The notes under the pieces: model-generated | Told to the model about the DNA's origin: nothing | What the model saw: the letters and a program-made list of their open reading frames with translations, nothing else | Databases searched by the model: none | DNA from: Candidatus Limnocylindrales bacterium | GTDB lineage: Bacteria > Chloroflexota > Limnocylindria > Limnocylindrales > CSP1-4 | Length of the DNA stretch: 64,000 nucleotides | Reading direction: 5' to 3' | NCBI GenBank assembly: GCA_038328755.1 | Contig: JBBQMH010000001.1 | Span: 18,422 to 82,421, forward strand | Shown: positions 37,209-48,960 of the stretch, one piece after another | Layout: every line of letters starts with the position of its first letter | Numbering within the stretch: position 1 is the stretch's first letter | Made by a program: the position numbers and the translations under genes

Positions 37209-40200
37209 CGATGGCGCCCCTCCGCGGGCGGCGCGGGTGGGAGCGCCGCGTGGACGAGGAAGTCGCCCGTCTCACGGCCTCCCGGGACCGGGAGGACCGG
37301 TCGACGTCCGCGGAGGGAACCGAGGGCTCGCGGCATGGCCCCGGGCGACGCATCCCGGATCTGTCCGGCCTCCCGCCGCTCCTGTCAGGGTCCGGGGCCT
37401 TCGAGGACCTCCGGGCGCGGCTGCTGGCGCGCGCGCCGACCCCGGCGCAGGCGTCGGACGCTGGGCGGTCCCGTGCCGGCAGTCGCGGCCGGCATGCGGG
37501 ACTGACTGAGGTTCCGCACGGGGCCAAGAGCTATTTGGCCGCCGCGCTCGTGCTCAGCGGGAGCGAGCGGATAGTCTGGATCGCGCGGGACGCCGAGATT
37601 GGCGACCGCGTGGCGGATGAGCTGGCTGCCTGGCTCGGCGATCCGGGTGCCGTTGCGGTCCTGGAGCCCAGGACGGCCCTTGCCTATGAGCGGAGCGAGC
37701 TGGTCGCCGATGAAACCGCTGCGCGGGTGGCTGCCCTGTCGGCCTGGCGGAGCGGCCAGGCGCGGATCCTCGTCGCCGGTGTCCAGGCCCTGCTGCAGTG
37801 CACGCTGGCTCCCGATGACCTGCCCGCGACCCCGCGCGAACTTCGAATCGGCGCCCGGATCACCCAGACCAGCCTCCTGCACGATCTCCTTGCCCTCGGC
37901 TACAGCCCGGTCCTCGAGGTAGCCGGGAGGGGCGAGTTCGCCCGGCGGGGCGGAATCGTCGACGTGTTTCCGCCGTCGGCAAGCCTGCCGATCCGGATCG
38001 AGCTGTTTGGTGACGAGATCGACTCGCTGCGGGCCTTCGACCCGACGGACCAGCGGGCCGTGGGGGCCGTCGATGCCGTCACCCTCCTGCCGGCGTCCGA
38101 ATTCCTGCTGCCGGCGGACGGGGCCGGTGTGATCACGGCTCGCCTCGGAAAGCGCTCCGGCGGTCTCTCCGAGCGCCTCGCCGCCGACCTCGAGCGCCTG
38201 TCAAGCGAACGGGACCAGACCTTTGCGGGGCCCTGGCGGGCGGCCGACGTCGGCGATGCCGCCGAAGTCTGGGCCACGATCCTGGCTCCCCATACGGCGC
38301 TGGACCACGTCGACGCTGATGCCCTCCTGGTCCTCGATGAACCGGGCGACCTGGCCGAGGCCGGGGAGTTCCTGTGGCGCCAGGCCGATGAACGACGGGC
38401 CGAGCTGATCTCCAGCGGCGAGCTGCCGAAATCATGGCCGGAGACACTTCTCGGGCGACGTGACTGGAAGTCGCGACTGCTCACGTCCCGGACCCTGGAG
38501 CTCACCTGGGAGTCGGAGCAGTCGGCAGGGGTCGCCATCGCAGGAGGCGGTCTGTCGGCCGGTAATGCATTCGGTTGGCGCGAGCCGGTCCTGCCGACGG
38601 GCCGGGCCGCGCAGCTCGGGGCCGCAGTCGACCGCTGGCTGTCCGCTGATGGTGGTGCCCAGCCGCCGCGCATCGTGATTGCTTCAGACCAGGCTCCGCG
38701 CCTCGCGGAACTCCTGGCGGAGGGCGGCCACCCGGCCGCCGTCAGTGCCGGGGTCGGATCCGCGCCACCCAACGGCGCGGTGGTCCTCATTGAGCGGAGC
38801 CTGAACGGCGGCTTTGCCGGCGGCCCGGACGGGCTCGTCTTCGTGACGGACCGTGAGCTGTTCGGCAATGTCCGCGTCCGACGCCCAAAGGCGATGCGAC
38901 GCGTGGTGCCGCGCGACATCCTCGAGCGCCTCAGCCCCGGCGATCTCGTCGTCCATATCGATCACGGCGTGGCTCGCTACGAGCAGATGCTCCGCCGGAG
39001 CGCCGGCGAGGGCGACGAGCGTGACTACCTCGAGATCAGCTTCGCATCGGGCGACCGGATCTACGTTCCCGTCGAACAGATTGCCCGGGTCACCCGGTAC
39101 TCGGGTGGCGAACGTCCGCAACTCAGCAAGCTCGGCGGGACGGAGTGGCTGCGCACCAAGCAACGTGTGCGAAAGGCGGTCGCGGACCTGGCGGACGAGC
39201 TCCTCGCCCTGTACGCAGCACGAGCGAACGCGCAGGGGCACGCTTATGCCACGGACACGCCCTGGCAGGCTGAGATGGAGGCGAGCTTCCCGTACGAGGA
39301 GACCGTGGACCAGCTGCGCGCAGTCCTCGAGATGAAGCACGACCTCGAGGCCGGCCGCCCGATGGACCGACTCGTGGTCGGCGACGTCGGCTATGGCAAG
39401 ACCGAGGTCGCCCTGCGCGGTGCCTTCAAGGCGACCCAGGACGGGAAGCAGGTCGCGGTCCTCGTTCCCACGACGATCCTCGCGGCCCAGCACCACGAGA
39501 CCTTCCGGGCCCGGTTCGCAGCATTCCCGCTCACGGTCGGTCTGTTGTCGCGGTTCGTGCCGCCGAAGGAGCAGCAACGGACGCTGGCCGGCCTCGCAGA
39601 TGGCAGCGTGGACATGGTCATCGGGACCCATCGCCTGCTGTCCAGGGACGTCCGGTTCCGTGACCTCGGCCTTCTGGTCGTGGATGAGGAGCAGCGGTTC
39701 GGCGTCGCGGCGAAGGAACGCCTCAAGCAGATGCGCCGCGAGGTCGATGTTCTGACGCTGTCGGCGACACCGATCCCGCGCACGCTCAACCTCGCTCTGG
39801 CCGGGATCCGGGACATGAGCGTGATCGAGACGCCGCCGGAGGACCGGCTGCCCATCCAGACCCGGGTCGCGGAGGCCTCGGCCGGTCTCGTGCGGGACGC
39901 GATCCTGCGCGAACTGGATCGGGGCGGCCAGGTCTTCTACGTCCATAACCGGGTCGAGACCATCGAGGCCCAGGCTGAGCAGCTCCGGCGGCTGCTCCCG
40001 GACATCCGGATCGTCGTCGGGCACGGGCAGATGGCGGAGGGCCAGCTCGAGCGGGTGATGCTGACCTTCGCCGGCGGCGAGGCGGACATCCTCGTCTGCA
40101 CCACGATCATCGAGTCCGGGCTCGACATTCCCAACGCCAACACGATCATCATCGACCGCGCGGACACGCTCGGGCTCGCCCAGCTCTATCAGCTCCGGGG

Positions 40201-40981
40201 CCGGGTGGGGCGGTCCTCGCGGCGGGCCTACGCGTACCTGCTCTACCGGCGGCGCGAGCGGATGAGCGAGGACGCCAGGAAGCGGCTCCAGGCGATCTTC
40301 AACGCATCGGAGCTCGGGGCGGGCTTCCAGATCGCCCTGTCCGACCTCGAGATCCGTGGCGCCGGCAACATCCTCGGTGGCGAGCAGTCGGGCCACATGG
40401 CCGCCGTCGGGTTCGACCTCTATTCACGGATGCTGGCCGAGGCCGTCGAGATCGGCAAGGCAACCCGGGAGGACCGCGCGCCGATGATCGATGCGCCGTC
40501 GGCGGTGGTCGACCTGCCCCTCGAGGCGCACCTGCCGGATGACTACGTGCCGGATGTTGCGCAGAAGCTGGAGCTGTACCGCCGGCTCGCACGAGCGCGC
40601 ACATCAGGCGATCTCGCCGCCTACCGCCAGGAGCTGACGGATCGCTTCGGGCCGATGCCGGACGCCGTCGTGCGGCTGGTGGAGGTCGCCGAACTCCGTC
40701 TCGCCGCCGAAGCTGCCGGCGTGTCCTCGATCTCCCGGGAGGATGGTCAGCTCGTCGTCCGGTTCGGGGCCGGCCTGTCGAGGGCGACCGCGATGGGACT
40801 CCTTGGCCCCGGGGCGCTGCCGGGCGTCCGAACCACGGACCTGACCTTCGCTTCCAACCAGGTCCGGATTCGACTGCCACGCGATCTGCGCAAAGCCTGG
40901 CCGCTGACCCAGGCCGTCGTTGCGCGGCTCTCGGTGGATGACGCCGCGTCCGTTTCGGGCTCGTCCGGCTCGACGGGGTAG
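37205..40981 (+). CDS. mfd: transcription-repair coupling factor Mfd
   Basis: UvrB-like N-terminal domain, DEAD/DEAH helicase (GDVGYGKTEVA, DEEQRFG), TRCF C-terminal domain; ~100-aa N-terminal extension so start uncertain. Confidence 0.95.
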   Translation: MTMAPLRGRRGWERRVDEEVARLTASRDREDRSTSAEGTEGSRHGPGRRIPDLSGLPPLLSGSGAFEDLRARLLARAPTPAQASDAGRSRAGSRGRHAGLTEVPHGAKSYLAAALVLSGSERIVWIARDAEIGDRVADELAAWLGDPGAVAVLEPRTALAYERSELVADETAARVAALSAWRSGQARILVAGVQALLQCTLAPDDLPATPRELRIGARITQTSLLHDLLALGYSPVLEVAGRGEFARRGGIVDVFPPSASLPIRIELFGDEIDSLRAFDPTDQRAVGAVDAVTLLPASEFLLPADGAGVITARLGKRSGGLSERLAADLERLSSERDQTFAGPWRAADVGDAAEVWATILAPHTALDHVDADALLVLDEPGDLAEAGEFLWRQADERRAELISSGELPKSWPETLLGRRDWKSRLLTSRTLELTWESEQSAGVAIAGGGLSAGNAFGWREPVLPTGRAAQLGAAVDRWLSADGGAQPPRIVIASDQAPRLAELLAEGGHPAAVSAGVGSAPPNGAVVLIERSLNGGFAGGPDGLVFVTDRELFGNVRVRRPKAMRRVVPRDILERLSPGDLVVHIDHGVARYEQMLRRSAGEGDERDYLEISFASGDRIYVPVEQIARVTRYSGGERPQLSKLGGTEWLRTKQRVRKAVADLADELLALYAARANAQGHAYATDTPWQAEMEASFPYEETVDQLRAVLEMKHDLEAGRPMDRLVVGDVGYGKTEVALRGAFKATQDGKQVAVLVPTTILAAQHHETFRARFAAFPLTVGLLSRFVPPKEQQRTLAGLADGSVDMVIGTHRLLSRDVRFRDLGLLVVDEEQRFGVAAKERLKQMRREVDVLTLSATPIPRTLNLALAGIRDMSVIETPPEDRLPIQTRVAEASAGLVRDAILRELDRGGQVFYVHNRVETIEAQAEQLRRLLPDIRIVVGHGQMAEGQLERVMLTFAGGEADILVCTTIIESGLDIPNANTIIIDRADTLGLAQLYQLRGRVGRSSRRAYAYLLYRRRERMSEDARKRLQAIFNASELGAGFQIALSDLEIRGAGNILGGEQSGHMAAVGFDLYSRMLAEAVEIGKATREDRAPMIDAPSAVVDLPLEAHLPDDYVPDVAQKLELYRRLARARTSGDLAAYRQELTDRFGPMPDAVVRLVEVAELRLAAEAAGVSSISREDGQLVVRFGAGLSRATAMGLLGPGALPGVRTTDLTFASNQVRIRLPRDLRKAWPLTQAVVARLSVDDAASVSGSSGSTG

Positions 40982-41044
40982 CCACGGGCTGAGCTGAGGC
41001 GGTCCGGATCACGGACCGGGGCCTCTCGCCCGCATACTCGCGCC

Positions 41045-42478
41045 GTGAGCACAGGAACGCCTGAAAGCGGCCGGCAGGACCGATACACGTCGCCCGGGTC
41101 GCTCTGGACCGCTGAACGGCGCCCGCTCACGGTTGGACTCCTCCTGACGATCACGCTGGTCGCGGCGGAAGCGCTGGCGGTCTCGACCGCCATGCCCATC
41201 GTCGCTCGCGACCTCGGCGGCCTGGAGCTGTATGGCTGGGTCTTCTCCGCGTTCTTCCTCGGGTCCCTCATCGGGATCACGGTCGTGGGGGGACTGATCG
41301 ACGAGCGCGGCGTCGTCGTTCCGTTCGTCCTGGGCCTCGGGCTGTTTGCGCTCGGACTCCTCGTGTCGGGTCTGGCAACGTCGATGCTGATGGTGGTCGT
41401 CGGGCGCTTCATCCAGGGCGTCGGCGGGGGTGCCGTTCCGCCCGTGGCATACGTCGTGATCGGCCGGAGCCTTCCCGAGGCCCTGCGGCCCCGGATGTTC
41501 GCCACCCTGTCGGGCGCCTGGGTCGTTCCGGGCCTGGTCGGCCCCGCGATCGCGGGGTTCGTGGCCGAGACTTGGCACTGGCGAGCGGTGTTTCTCGGGC
41601 TCCTGCCCCTCCTCGCGTTCGCCGGGACCATCGCCACTCGTGCAATGCGAACGATGCCGCGGGCGATCGATACCCGCGGCGCCGCATCGCGGGCCGCTCG
41701 CACGAGCTGGAAACGGCGCTACGTCCTCGCCATCGGCGCGGCCCTCGGGGCAGGCCTGCTGACGACGGCCCTTCTCCAGTCGAACCTGGTGGTGATCGTC
41801 GTGATGGCGGCGCTCGGAATCGGGATCGGTGGGCTCGCCTTTCAACGGCTGACGCCAACGGGCACGCTGCGCCTGGCCCCGGGATACCCGAGCGCGGTCC
41901 TCCTTCGGGGAGTCCTCACCTTTGCCTTCTTCACCACCGATGCCAACATCACGCTCCTGCTGCAGGAGGTGCGCGGCTGGTCGGCGTTCGCGGCCGGGAT
42001 CGCCCTGTCCGCGGCGACCGTATCGTGGAGCATCGGTGCCTGGTACCAGGCCCGGCATTCGGCGCGCATCGGACCAGAGCGGTTCGTCAGGATCGGTTTC
42101 CCGATCGTTGCCGTGGGCATGGCGGGCGTGCTGCTCGCGTTGCTGCCGTTCGTCCCCGCCTGGATCTCCATCCCGTTCTTCGCCGTCTCCGGGCTCGGCA
42201 TGGGCCTCACCTATTCGCAGTTCGCCATCATCGTCCTCCGCGATGCCCCGCTCGCCGCGCAGGGATCCGCGACAGCGGCGATCACCATGTCCGATGCCCT
42301 TGGCACCGCCCTCGGGACCGGAATTGCGGGCGCCATGATCGCTGCGGCCGTTCGCGCCGGAAGTGGACCAGGGCCCGGGCTGGGGGCTGCCATCGCGATG
42401 GGGGTCGGCGTGGCGATGCTTGGATTCCTCGCCGCCCCGCGGCTGCTGCTCCGCCGCTCGGCGGGCGCGTCCGCCTGA
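41045..42478 (+). CDS. MFS transporter (DHA family, ~12-14 TM)
   Basis: MFS helices and GRxxxG motifs. Confidence 0.85.
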   Translation: MSTGTPESGRQDRYTSPGSLWTAERRPLTVGLLLTITLVAAEALAVSTAMPIVARDLGGLELYGWVFSAFFLGSLIGITVVGGLIDERGVVVPFVLGLGLFALGLLVSGLATSMLMVVVGRFIQGVGGGAVPPVAYVVIGRSLPEALRPRMFATLSGAWVVPGLVGPAIAGFVAETWHWRAVFLGLLPLLAFAGTIATRAMRTMPRAIDTRGAASRAARTSWKRRYVLAIGAALGAGLLTTALLQSNLVVIVVMAALGIGIGGLAFQRLTPTGTLRLAPGYPSAVLLRGVLTFAFFTTDANITLLLQEVRGWSAFAAGIALSAATVSWSIGAWYQARHSARIGPERFVRIGFPIVAVGMAGVLLALLPFVPAWISIPFFAVSGLGMGLTYSQFAIIVLRDAPLAAQGSATAAITMSDALGTALGTGIAGAMIAAAVRAGSGPGPGLGAAIAMGVGVAMLGFLAAPRLLLRRSAGASA

Positions 42479-42585
42479 GCGAGCCGCCGCCCGGTCGCGC
42501 CTCGGAGCCGTGCGCTAGACTCGCCAGGTCGAGCGAACGGCCCACTCCGACTCGCGACGTCACCCTTCGTGGAGGTTGTGCACCG

Positions 42586-43107
42586 ATGTCCGTCGAATCG
42601 CTTCGCGCGAAGATCCGCGAGATCCCGGACTTCCCGAAGCCGGGCATCCTGTTCTATGACATCACCACGCTCCTCAAGGACGCGGAGGCGTATCGAGAAT
42701 CCATCGGTCTGATGCTCGATCCCTATCGGGACGAGAAGATCGACCTGGTCGTCGGGATGGAGTCCCGCGGGTTCATCTTCAGCGCCCCGATGGCCTACGA
42801 GCTTGGCGCGGGCCTGGTTCCGGTGCGGAAGCTCGGGAAGCTGCCAGCGGAGACGCTGTCGGTCGAGTACGCCCTCGAGTACGGCTCCAATACCCTCGAG
42901 ATCCATCGCGATGCGATCCAGCCGGGCCAGCGGGTCCTGGTGGTTGACGATCTCCTCGCCACCGGTGGGACCGTCCACGGGACGATCGAGCTGATCGAAC
43001 GGCTCAAGGGCGAGATCGTCGGTCTGGCGTTCCTCGTCGAGCTGGACTTCCTCCGCGGACGGGATCGGCTCGACGGCCGGCTCGTCACGAGCGTCATTCG
43101 GTACTGA
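42586..43107 (+). CDS. apt: adenine phosphoribosyltransferase
   Basis: VVGMESRGFIF, VLVVDDLLATGGT PRPP motif; GGAGG RBS. Confidence 0.9.
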   Translation: MSVESLRAKIREIPDFPKPGILFYDITTLLKDAEAYRESIGLMLDPYRDEKIDLVVGMESRGFIFSAPMAYELGAGLVPVRKLGKLPAETLSVEYALEYGSNTLEIHRDAIQPGQRVLVVDDLLATGGTVHGTIELIERLKGEIVGLAFLVELDFLRGRDRLDGRLVTSVIRY

Positions 43108-43135
43108 CCGGACCCGGATCGCGACGCCCCGGCGC

Positions 43136-44461
43136 ATGAGCGGACCACCGCCCGATCCATCCCGCCGCCGGTTCTTCCGGCAGTTCGCCGGCGACGTCAT
43201 CTCCAGTGCCGCCCAGGTCGTCGGAACCATCGGCGCCGTCCGTGATCAATCGGCTGCCGAGGCCCAGAGGCTCCTTCGCGGCGACCTCGTCGCGGCGGAA
43301 GCGGGCGCCACGATCGGAGCGGCGGCGGACCCGACGGCGGCCTCCGCCATGGCTCCACCGCCGACGGGCTTTCGAACGCCGTTCCGATTCGATCCGGACG
43401 ATGTCCTTCTGATCATCGACCAGCGAGCGCTCCCCGATGCCCTGGTCGAGGTTCCCGTGCGGAGTGCGCATGACGGCGCGCGGCTGATCCGGGACATGGC
43501 GGTCCGCGGGGCGCCCGCGATCGGGCAGGTGGCGGCCCTCAGCCTGGCCCAGAGTGCCTGGCTCGCGCGCAACGCCCCACCGAAGCTCCGGCGGACGCTC
43601 CTCCAGGCAGCGGCCCGGAACCTGGACACGGCCCGTCCCACGGCCATCAATCTCGTCTGGGCCGTGCAACGTCTCATGGATCGCTTCGAGGCGGCCGATG
43701 CTGTCGAGGCAACGGGGCCGGAGATCGCGGCTGCGATGCGAGCCGAGGCCGAGCGGATCGTGGCAGAGGCGACCGACGACCACGGGCGACTGGCCGACGC
43801 GGGCTTCGCGATCCTCCCCGACGTGGGAGAGCGGGACCTCAGGATCCTGACCCATTGCAACACCGGCCCGCTGGCCTGCGGCCAGTTCGGGACGGCACTC
43901 GGCATCGTCCAGGCAGCGCACCACGCCGAGCGACCGATCCACGTCTGGGTCGACGAGACCCGCCCGTATCTCCAGGGCGCGCGTCTCACGGCGTGGGAGC
44001 TCAAGCAGGCTGGCGTGCCGCATTCTCTGATCCCGGATGTCGCGGCGGGCTCACTGATGGCCGGTGGCGAGGTCGATGTGATCCTCGTCGGGGCCGATCG
44101 CATCGCAGCCAACGGTGACACGGCCAACAAGGTCGGCACCTACTCGCTGGCGGTCCTGGCGGCCCACCACGGGGTCCCGTTCTATGTCTGCGCGCCGATG
44201 TCGTCGGTCGATCTGGCAACCGCCGATGGGTCCACGATCCCGATCGAGGAGCGCCCGGCCGAAGAGGTCACGATGGTCCGCGGCCAGCGGATCGCTCCGC
44301 TCGATACCGTGGTCCGGAACCCGGCCTTCGACGTCACGCCGGCGGGACTGATCACGGGGATCGTGACCGACGAGGGCGTCCTGCACGCTCCGTATGGCGA
44401 GTCGCTGGCGACGGCCATGGCCGCACGTGTGGCCAGGCGGGCAGCCGAGGGTGCCGGCTGA
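43136..44461 (+). CDS. mtnA: S-methyl-5-thioribose-1-phosphate isomerase (MtnA / eIF-2B family) with N-terminal extension
   Basis: THCNTGPLA, VGADRIAANGDTANKVGT; ~85-aa N-terminal extension containing SRRRFFRQFAG. Confidence 0.8.
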   Translation: MSGPPPDPSRRRFFRQFAGDVISSAAQVVGTIGAVRDQSAAEAQRLLRGDLVAAEAGATIGAAADPTAASAMAPPPTGFRTPFRFDPDDVLLIIDQRALPDALVEVPVRSAHDGARLIRDMAVRGAPAIGQVAALSLAQSAWLARNAPPKLRRTLLQAAARNLDTARPTAINLVWAVQRLMDRFEAADAVEATGPEIAAAMRAEAERIVAEATDDHGRLADAGFAILPDVGERDLRILTHCNTGPLACGQFGTALGIVQAAHHAERPIHVWVDETRPYLQGARLTAWELKQAGVPHSLIPDVAAGSLMAGGEVDVILVGADRIAANGDTANKVGTYSLAVLAAHHGVPFYVCAPMSSVDLATADGSTIPIEERPAEEVTMVRGQRIAPLDTVVRNPAFDVTPAGLITGIVTDEGVLHAPYGESLATAMAARVARRAAEGAG

Positions 44462-45336
44462 TGGCAACGGTGGCGCTGGCGCGGCACGAGGCAGTCGTGA
44501 CCGCATCCGTCACCACGGACCGAACGCTCCTGCGCGCCTTTCTCCAGCGAGATCCGCTCTACGCGGCCTATGCGATCTGCGACCTTGACGATCGCGAATT
44601 CCGGCGTACCCGGTGGGGTGCTGCCTGGTCCGGCGGTTCAATCATCGCTGTCGTCCTCGAATACTCCGGTGGCTCGCCTCAGCCGATCTTCGTGATGGGC
44701 CGGGACGATGGAATTGCCGCCATCCTCGAGTCGGTGATCCGGCCGCGTCTCGCCTACATCGCGACTCTCCCGGCGACCCTCCCGGCGGTCCAGGGCCGCT
44801 ATCGGCTCGACGCCGGTCCACAGATGGTCCGGATGGCGGTCGATCGGGATCGGTTTCGCCCGGCCGATGACCCGGGCCTCGAGCGTCTCGGGCCGTCCGA
44901 TGCAATGGAGCTGAACCGGCTCTACCAGCTCGGCTTCGGCTCGTGGCTTCCGCCCGGTGCCATCGGCGAGGGCGTCTACTACGGCCTCAGGGTGCGGGGG
45001 CGGCTGGTGTCTGCCGCCGGCACCCATGTCGTCAGTCAGGCCGCGCGGATGGCGGTCGTCGGGAACGTCCTGACCCAGGCCGAGTTCCGCGGCCGAGGGT
45101 ATGCGACCGCGGTCACCGGTGCGGTGACGGCCGAGTTACTGCGCTCGTGCGACCATGTCGCTCTCAACGTGCGGGCCGATAACCCGCCGGCCATCAGCGC
45201 CTACCGCCACCTTGGATTCACCGAGCACGTTCGATTCGACGAGCGACTGGCTCATCGCATCGGCTCGCCGTGGTCCGAGCTCCTGTCCTCGATCCGCCAT
45301 CACCTCAGCCCGCGCAAGGAGCCACCTTCCACATGA
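44461..45336 (+). CDS. GNAT family N-acetyltransferase
   Basis: C-terminal GNAT core [20 protein letters not shown]. Confidence 0.7.
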   Translation: MATVALARHEAVVTASVTTDRTLLRAFLQRDPLYAAYAICDLDDREFRRTRWGAAWSGGSIIAVVLEYSGGSPQPIFVMGRDDGIAAILESVIRPRLAYIATLPATLPAVQGRYRLDAGPQMVRMAVDRDRFRPADDPGLERLGPSDAMELNRLYQLGFGSWLPPGAIGEGVYYGLRVRGRLVSAAGTHVVSQAARMAVVGNVLTQAEFRGRGYATAVTGAVTAELLRSCDHVALNVRADNPPAISAYRHLGFTEHVRFDERLAHRIGSPWSELLSSIRHHLSPRKEPPST

Positions 45337-46619
45337 CCGCTATTCCCGGAACTGGTTCATTACCAGCCCATGACGTGACCGACCTCGGCCGCGCGGCCGA
45401 AGGTGTCCGCCGGATCGAATGGGCCGAGCGCGAGATGCCGGTCCTGCGGCTGATTCGCGAGCGCTTTGCCGTCGAGCGGCCGCTTGCCGGCGTGCGTGTC
45501 GGCGCCTGCCTGCACGTGACCAGCGAGACGGCCAATCTGATGCGGACCCTGAAGGCAGCTGGTGCGGAGGTCACGCTCGCCGCCTCCAATCCGCTGTCGA
45601 CCCAGGACGACGTCGCGGCCGCTCTCGTCGCGGAGTACGGGATCTCCACCTACGCCCGCCGCGGCGAGAATCGCGACACCTACTTCACACACCTCAACGC
45701 CGTGGCCGACATCCTTCCGCAGTTCACCATGGACGACGGCTGCGACCTCGTGTCACTCCTCCATCTCGAGCGTCCGGACCAGGTCAAGGACGTGATCGCC
45801 GGGACCGAGGAGACGACCACCGGAGTCATCCGGCTCCGGGCGATGGCCGCCGACGGCGCCCTTGGCTACCCGGTCATCGCGGTCAACGAGGCCTTGACCA
45901 AGCATCTCTTCGACAATCGGTATGGCACGGGCCAGTCAACGCTCGACGGCATCCTCCGGGCCACGAACCTGCTCATCGCCGGGCGCAACGTCGTCGTGGC
46001 GGGCTATGGCTGGGTGGGCCGCGGGATCGCGTCGCGGATGGACGGCCACGGTGCTCACGTGACGGTCGTCGAGGTGGATCCAGTTCGCGCGCTCGAGGCG
46101 CTGATGGACGGCTACCAGGTGATGACGGCCGGCCAGGCTGCCGCCTGGGGCGATCTGTTCGTTACCGCGACCGGCAACATCAACGTCTTCCGGCGCGAGC
46201 ACTTCGAGGTCATGAAGGATGGCGCCGTCCTGGCCAACTCGGGTCATTTCGATGCCGAGCTCGACCTCAATGCGCTTCGGGCGATGGCCGAGGGCCATGT
46301 CCGCGAAGTCCGCGAGAACGTCCAGGAGTTCGACATCGGGGGGAAGCGTCTGCACCTCGTGGCCGAGGGTCGGCTCGTCAATCTTGGAGCGGCCGAGGGT
46401 CATCCGGCGGCCGTCATGGACATGAGCTTTGCGAACCAAGCCCTGGCGGCCGAATATGCGGTGGCCCATCACGCCGAACTCGAGGCGAAGGTCTATGTCG
46501 TCCCGGAGGCCATCGATACCGAAGTCGCCCGTCTCAAGCTCGCCGCGGCCGGGATCAACCTGGAGCCGATGACCGCCGAGCAGGCGGCCTACGTTTCCTC
46601 GTGGCGACACGGGACTTAG
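45333..46619 (+). CDS. ahcY: adenosylhomocysteinase
   Basis: SAH hydrolase NAD-binding [11 protein letters not shown] and strongly conserved blocks; ATG 45333 with AAGGAG RBS. Confidence 0.95.
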   Translation: MTAIPGTGSLPAHDVTDLGRAAEGVRRIEWAEREMPVLRLIRERFAVERPLAGVRVGACLHVTSETANLMRTLKAAGAEVTLAASNPLSTQDDVAAALVAEYGISTYARRGENRDTYFTHLNAVADILPQFTMDDGCDLVSLLHLERPDQVKDVIAGTEETTTGVIRLRAMAADGALGYPVIAVNEALTKHLFDNRYGTGQSTLDGILRATNLLIAGRNVVVAGYGWVGRGIASRMDGHGAHVTVVEVDPVRALEALMDGYQVMTAGQAAAWGDLFVTATGNINVFRREHFEVMKDGAVLANSGHFDAELDLNALRAMAEGHVREVRENVQEFDIGGKRLHLVAEGRLVNLGAAEGHPAAVMDMSFANQALAAEYAVAHHAELEAKVYVVPEAIDTEVARLKLAAAGINLEPMTAEQAAYVSSWRHGT

Positions 46620-46623
46620 GGAC

Positions 46624-48588
46624 TTGAGCGATCGGATCGTCGCCCCGTATGGGAGTTGGGTCTCGCCGCTTCCGATCGAGCGCCTCACGGACGGTGTGGT
46701 CTTCATCGGCGAGCTTCGTCGAGTGGGTGGCGTGACCTGGTGGATCGAGGACCGCCCCGACGAAGGGGGTCGGCAGGCGCTGGTCCGGCGTGAGCCGGAT
46801 GGTTCCACGGTTCGAATGACGCCCGAAGGCTTCAACGCCCGGTCGCGCGTCCATGAGTACGGCGGTGCGGCGACGCTCGTCTCCGACGACCTCGTCGTCG
46901 TCTCCGACTTCACCACCGGCCGGCTCCACCGCGTCGTGGCCCCCGGCGAGCTCGTGGCCTTGACCGCGGAACGAGCCTGGCGGTTCGCTGACATGGACCA
47001 CGACGCCCATCGCGGTCGGATCTACGCGGTGCGCGAAGACCACGAGCCCGATGTCGTGGCCGCTCACGGCGAATGGGTCAACGAGCTCGTATCGATCGAT
47101 CTCGAGAGCGGTTCCGTGACCATCATCGCGGGGGGAGCGGATTTTTACGCGTCGCCGCGACTTTCGCCGGACGGAGCGTCGCTCGCCTGGGTCGAGTGGC
47201 GCCACCCGAATCTGCCCTGGGATGGCACGGAGCTGAAGCTCGCTTCCGTCGAGCCGGACGGGTCGATCGGAGATCCGGTCACCATGGCCGGCAGCCAGAC
47301 CGACTGGGTCACCCAGCCACGCTGGTCGCCTGACGGTGTTCTCCACTTCGTCGCCGAGCCGGATGGCTGGATGAACCTCCAGCGTCTCGTCGACGGCCGG
47401 GTGGAGCGCGTCGCGGCCCCGGTGGCGGCCGAATTCGCTTCCCCTGAATGGCAGTTCGGGAACGCCGAGTACGGCTTTCTACCCAACGGCGACATCCTCG
47501 CCATCGGCCGGAGCGACGGTCGGGACGGGTTATATCGGATCGAGCGCAACGGGTCGGCCGTGGCTCTGGAGCTTCCGTACAAGGAGATCATGTCGATCTC
47601 GATCGACGGCGAGTTCGCCGTCATGCGCGTCTCGTCGCCGGTCGAGCCGCTCCGGGCGATCGTCATGCACACGGGGACCGGCGACATCGAGATCCTGAGG
47701 CGGGCGACGCCGTTCGAGCCGGATCCGACGGAGTTCTCGATTCCCAGGCACGTCGAATTCCCGTCGACCGGCGGACGCATCGCCTTTGCCAACTACTACC
47801 CGCCGCACAGCACGACCTACCAGGCTCCCGAGGGCGAGTTGCCGCCGCTCATCGTGACCTCGCATGGCGGCCCGACGTCCGCCGCGTTCTCCGGCTGGAT
47901 CACGACGTATCAACTGTTCACGAGTCGCGGCTTTGCCGTACTCGATGTCGATTACGGCGGAAGCACGGGCTACGGCAAGGCCTATCGGCAGACCCTGAAC
48001 GGCGAATGGGGCATCGTCGATGTCGACGACTGCGTTGCCGGCGCTGAATGGCTCGTCGCGCAGGGCTTCGCCGATCCGGCCCGGCTCGCCATTCGCGGAG
48101 GTTCCGCGAGCGGGTTCACGACCCTCGCCGCGCTGGCGTTCCGGCGGACTTTCGCGGCCGGCACGACCCTCTACGGCATCGGGGACCTGCGATCGTTCAT
48201 CCGGGACACCCACAAGTTCGAGTCGCGCTACGTGGAGGGCCTCGTCGGACCGTGGCCGGAGATGGAACAGCGATACCTGGACCGGTCGCCGGGCCTCCAT
48301 GCGGATCAGATCGTGGCACCCGTGCTCGTCCAGCAGGGAGCCGAGGATCGGGTCGTCCCGGCGTCGGAGGCCGAGGGCATCGTGGACGCCCTGTGGGAGC
48401 GCCACGTGCCCCACGCCTACCTCCTCTTTCCCGGCGAGGACCATGGGTTCCGCGGTCGGGAGGCGATCATCCGTTCGGTCGGCTCCGAGCTGTCGTTCTA
48501 CGGCCAGATCTTCGGGTTCACCCCGGCCGACGAGATCGAGCCCCTCGAGATCAAGTTCCTCGACGAGCACCGCGCCCGCCGAGGCTGA
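46624..48588 (+). CDS. S9 family peptidase (prolyl oligopeptidase / acylaminoacyl-peptidase-like)
   Basis: N-terminal beta-propeller; C-terminal GGSASGF nucleophile elbow (GxSxG). Confidence 0.9.
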   Translation: MSDRIVAPYGSWVSPLPIERLTDGVVFIGELRRVGGVTWWIEDRPDEGGRQALVRREPDGSTVRMTPEGFNARSRVHEYGGAATLVSDDLVVVSDFTTGRLHRVVAPGELVALTAERAWRFADMDHDAHRGRIYAVREDHEPDVVAAHGEWVNELVSIDLESGSVTIIAGGADFYASPRLSPDGASLAWVEWRHPNLPWDGTELKLASVEPDGSIGDPVTMAGSQTDWVTQPRWSPDGVLHFVAEPDGWMNLQRLVDGRVERVAAPVAAEFASPEWQFGNAEYGFLPNGDILAIGRSDGRDGLYRIERNGSAVALELPYKEIMSISIDGEFAVMRVSSPVEPLRAIVMHTGTGDIEILRRATPFEPDPTEFSIPRHVEFPSTGGRIAFANYYPPHSTTYQAPEGELPPLIVTSHGGPTSAAFSGWITTYQLFTSRGFAVLDVDYGGSTGYGKAYRQTLNGEWGIVDVDDCVAGAEWLVAQGFADPARLAIRGGSASGFTTLAALAFRRTFAAGTTLYGIGDLRSFIRDTHKFESRYVEGLVGPWPEMEQRYLDRSPGLHADQIVAPVLVQQGAEDRVVPASEAEGIVDALWERHVPHAYLLFPGEDHGFRGREAIIRSVGSELSFYGQIFGFTPADEIEPLEIKFLDEHRARRG

Positions 48589-48960
48589 GTCGGCAGCGGG
48601 CCAGGGCCTGACTGGGCAGCGGGCCAAGCTGAGCCTCCGCACGGGGCCGGGCAGCGCCGCACCGAGCCGGGCAGAGCCGCACCGGGCCGCGCGGAGCCGG
48701 GCGGAGCCGCACCGCGCCAGGCGCGGCCAGGACGTAACCACGCAGCGTCTGCCAGATATGCACCAGTTGACTATTCGGCGGAGCGTCGGCGGAGACGATG
48801 TCTGCGGTCGAGCGTGAACCGCCCGGCCCGACGCCTCGCGAGTTGTCAGAACCGCCGGCCCGCGACTCCGTGGCGACAATCCGCCGACCAGGCGTCATGT
48901 GTTGACTATCTGGCATCGAGGAGCAGTTCGCAGCGCGCGATTCGCGCCGCGCGAGGCTGA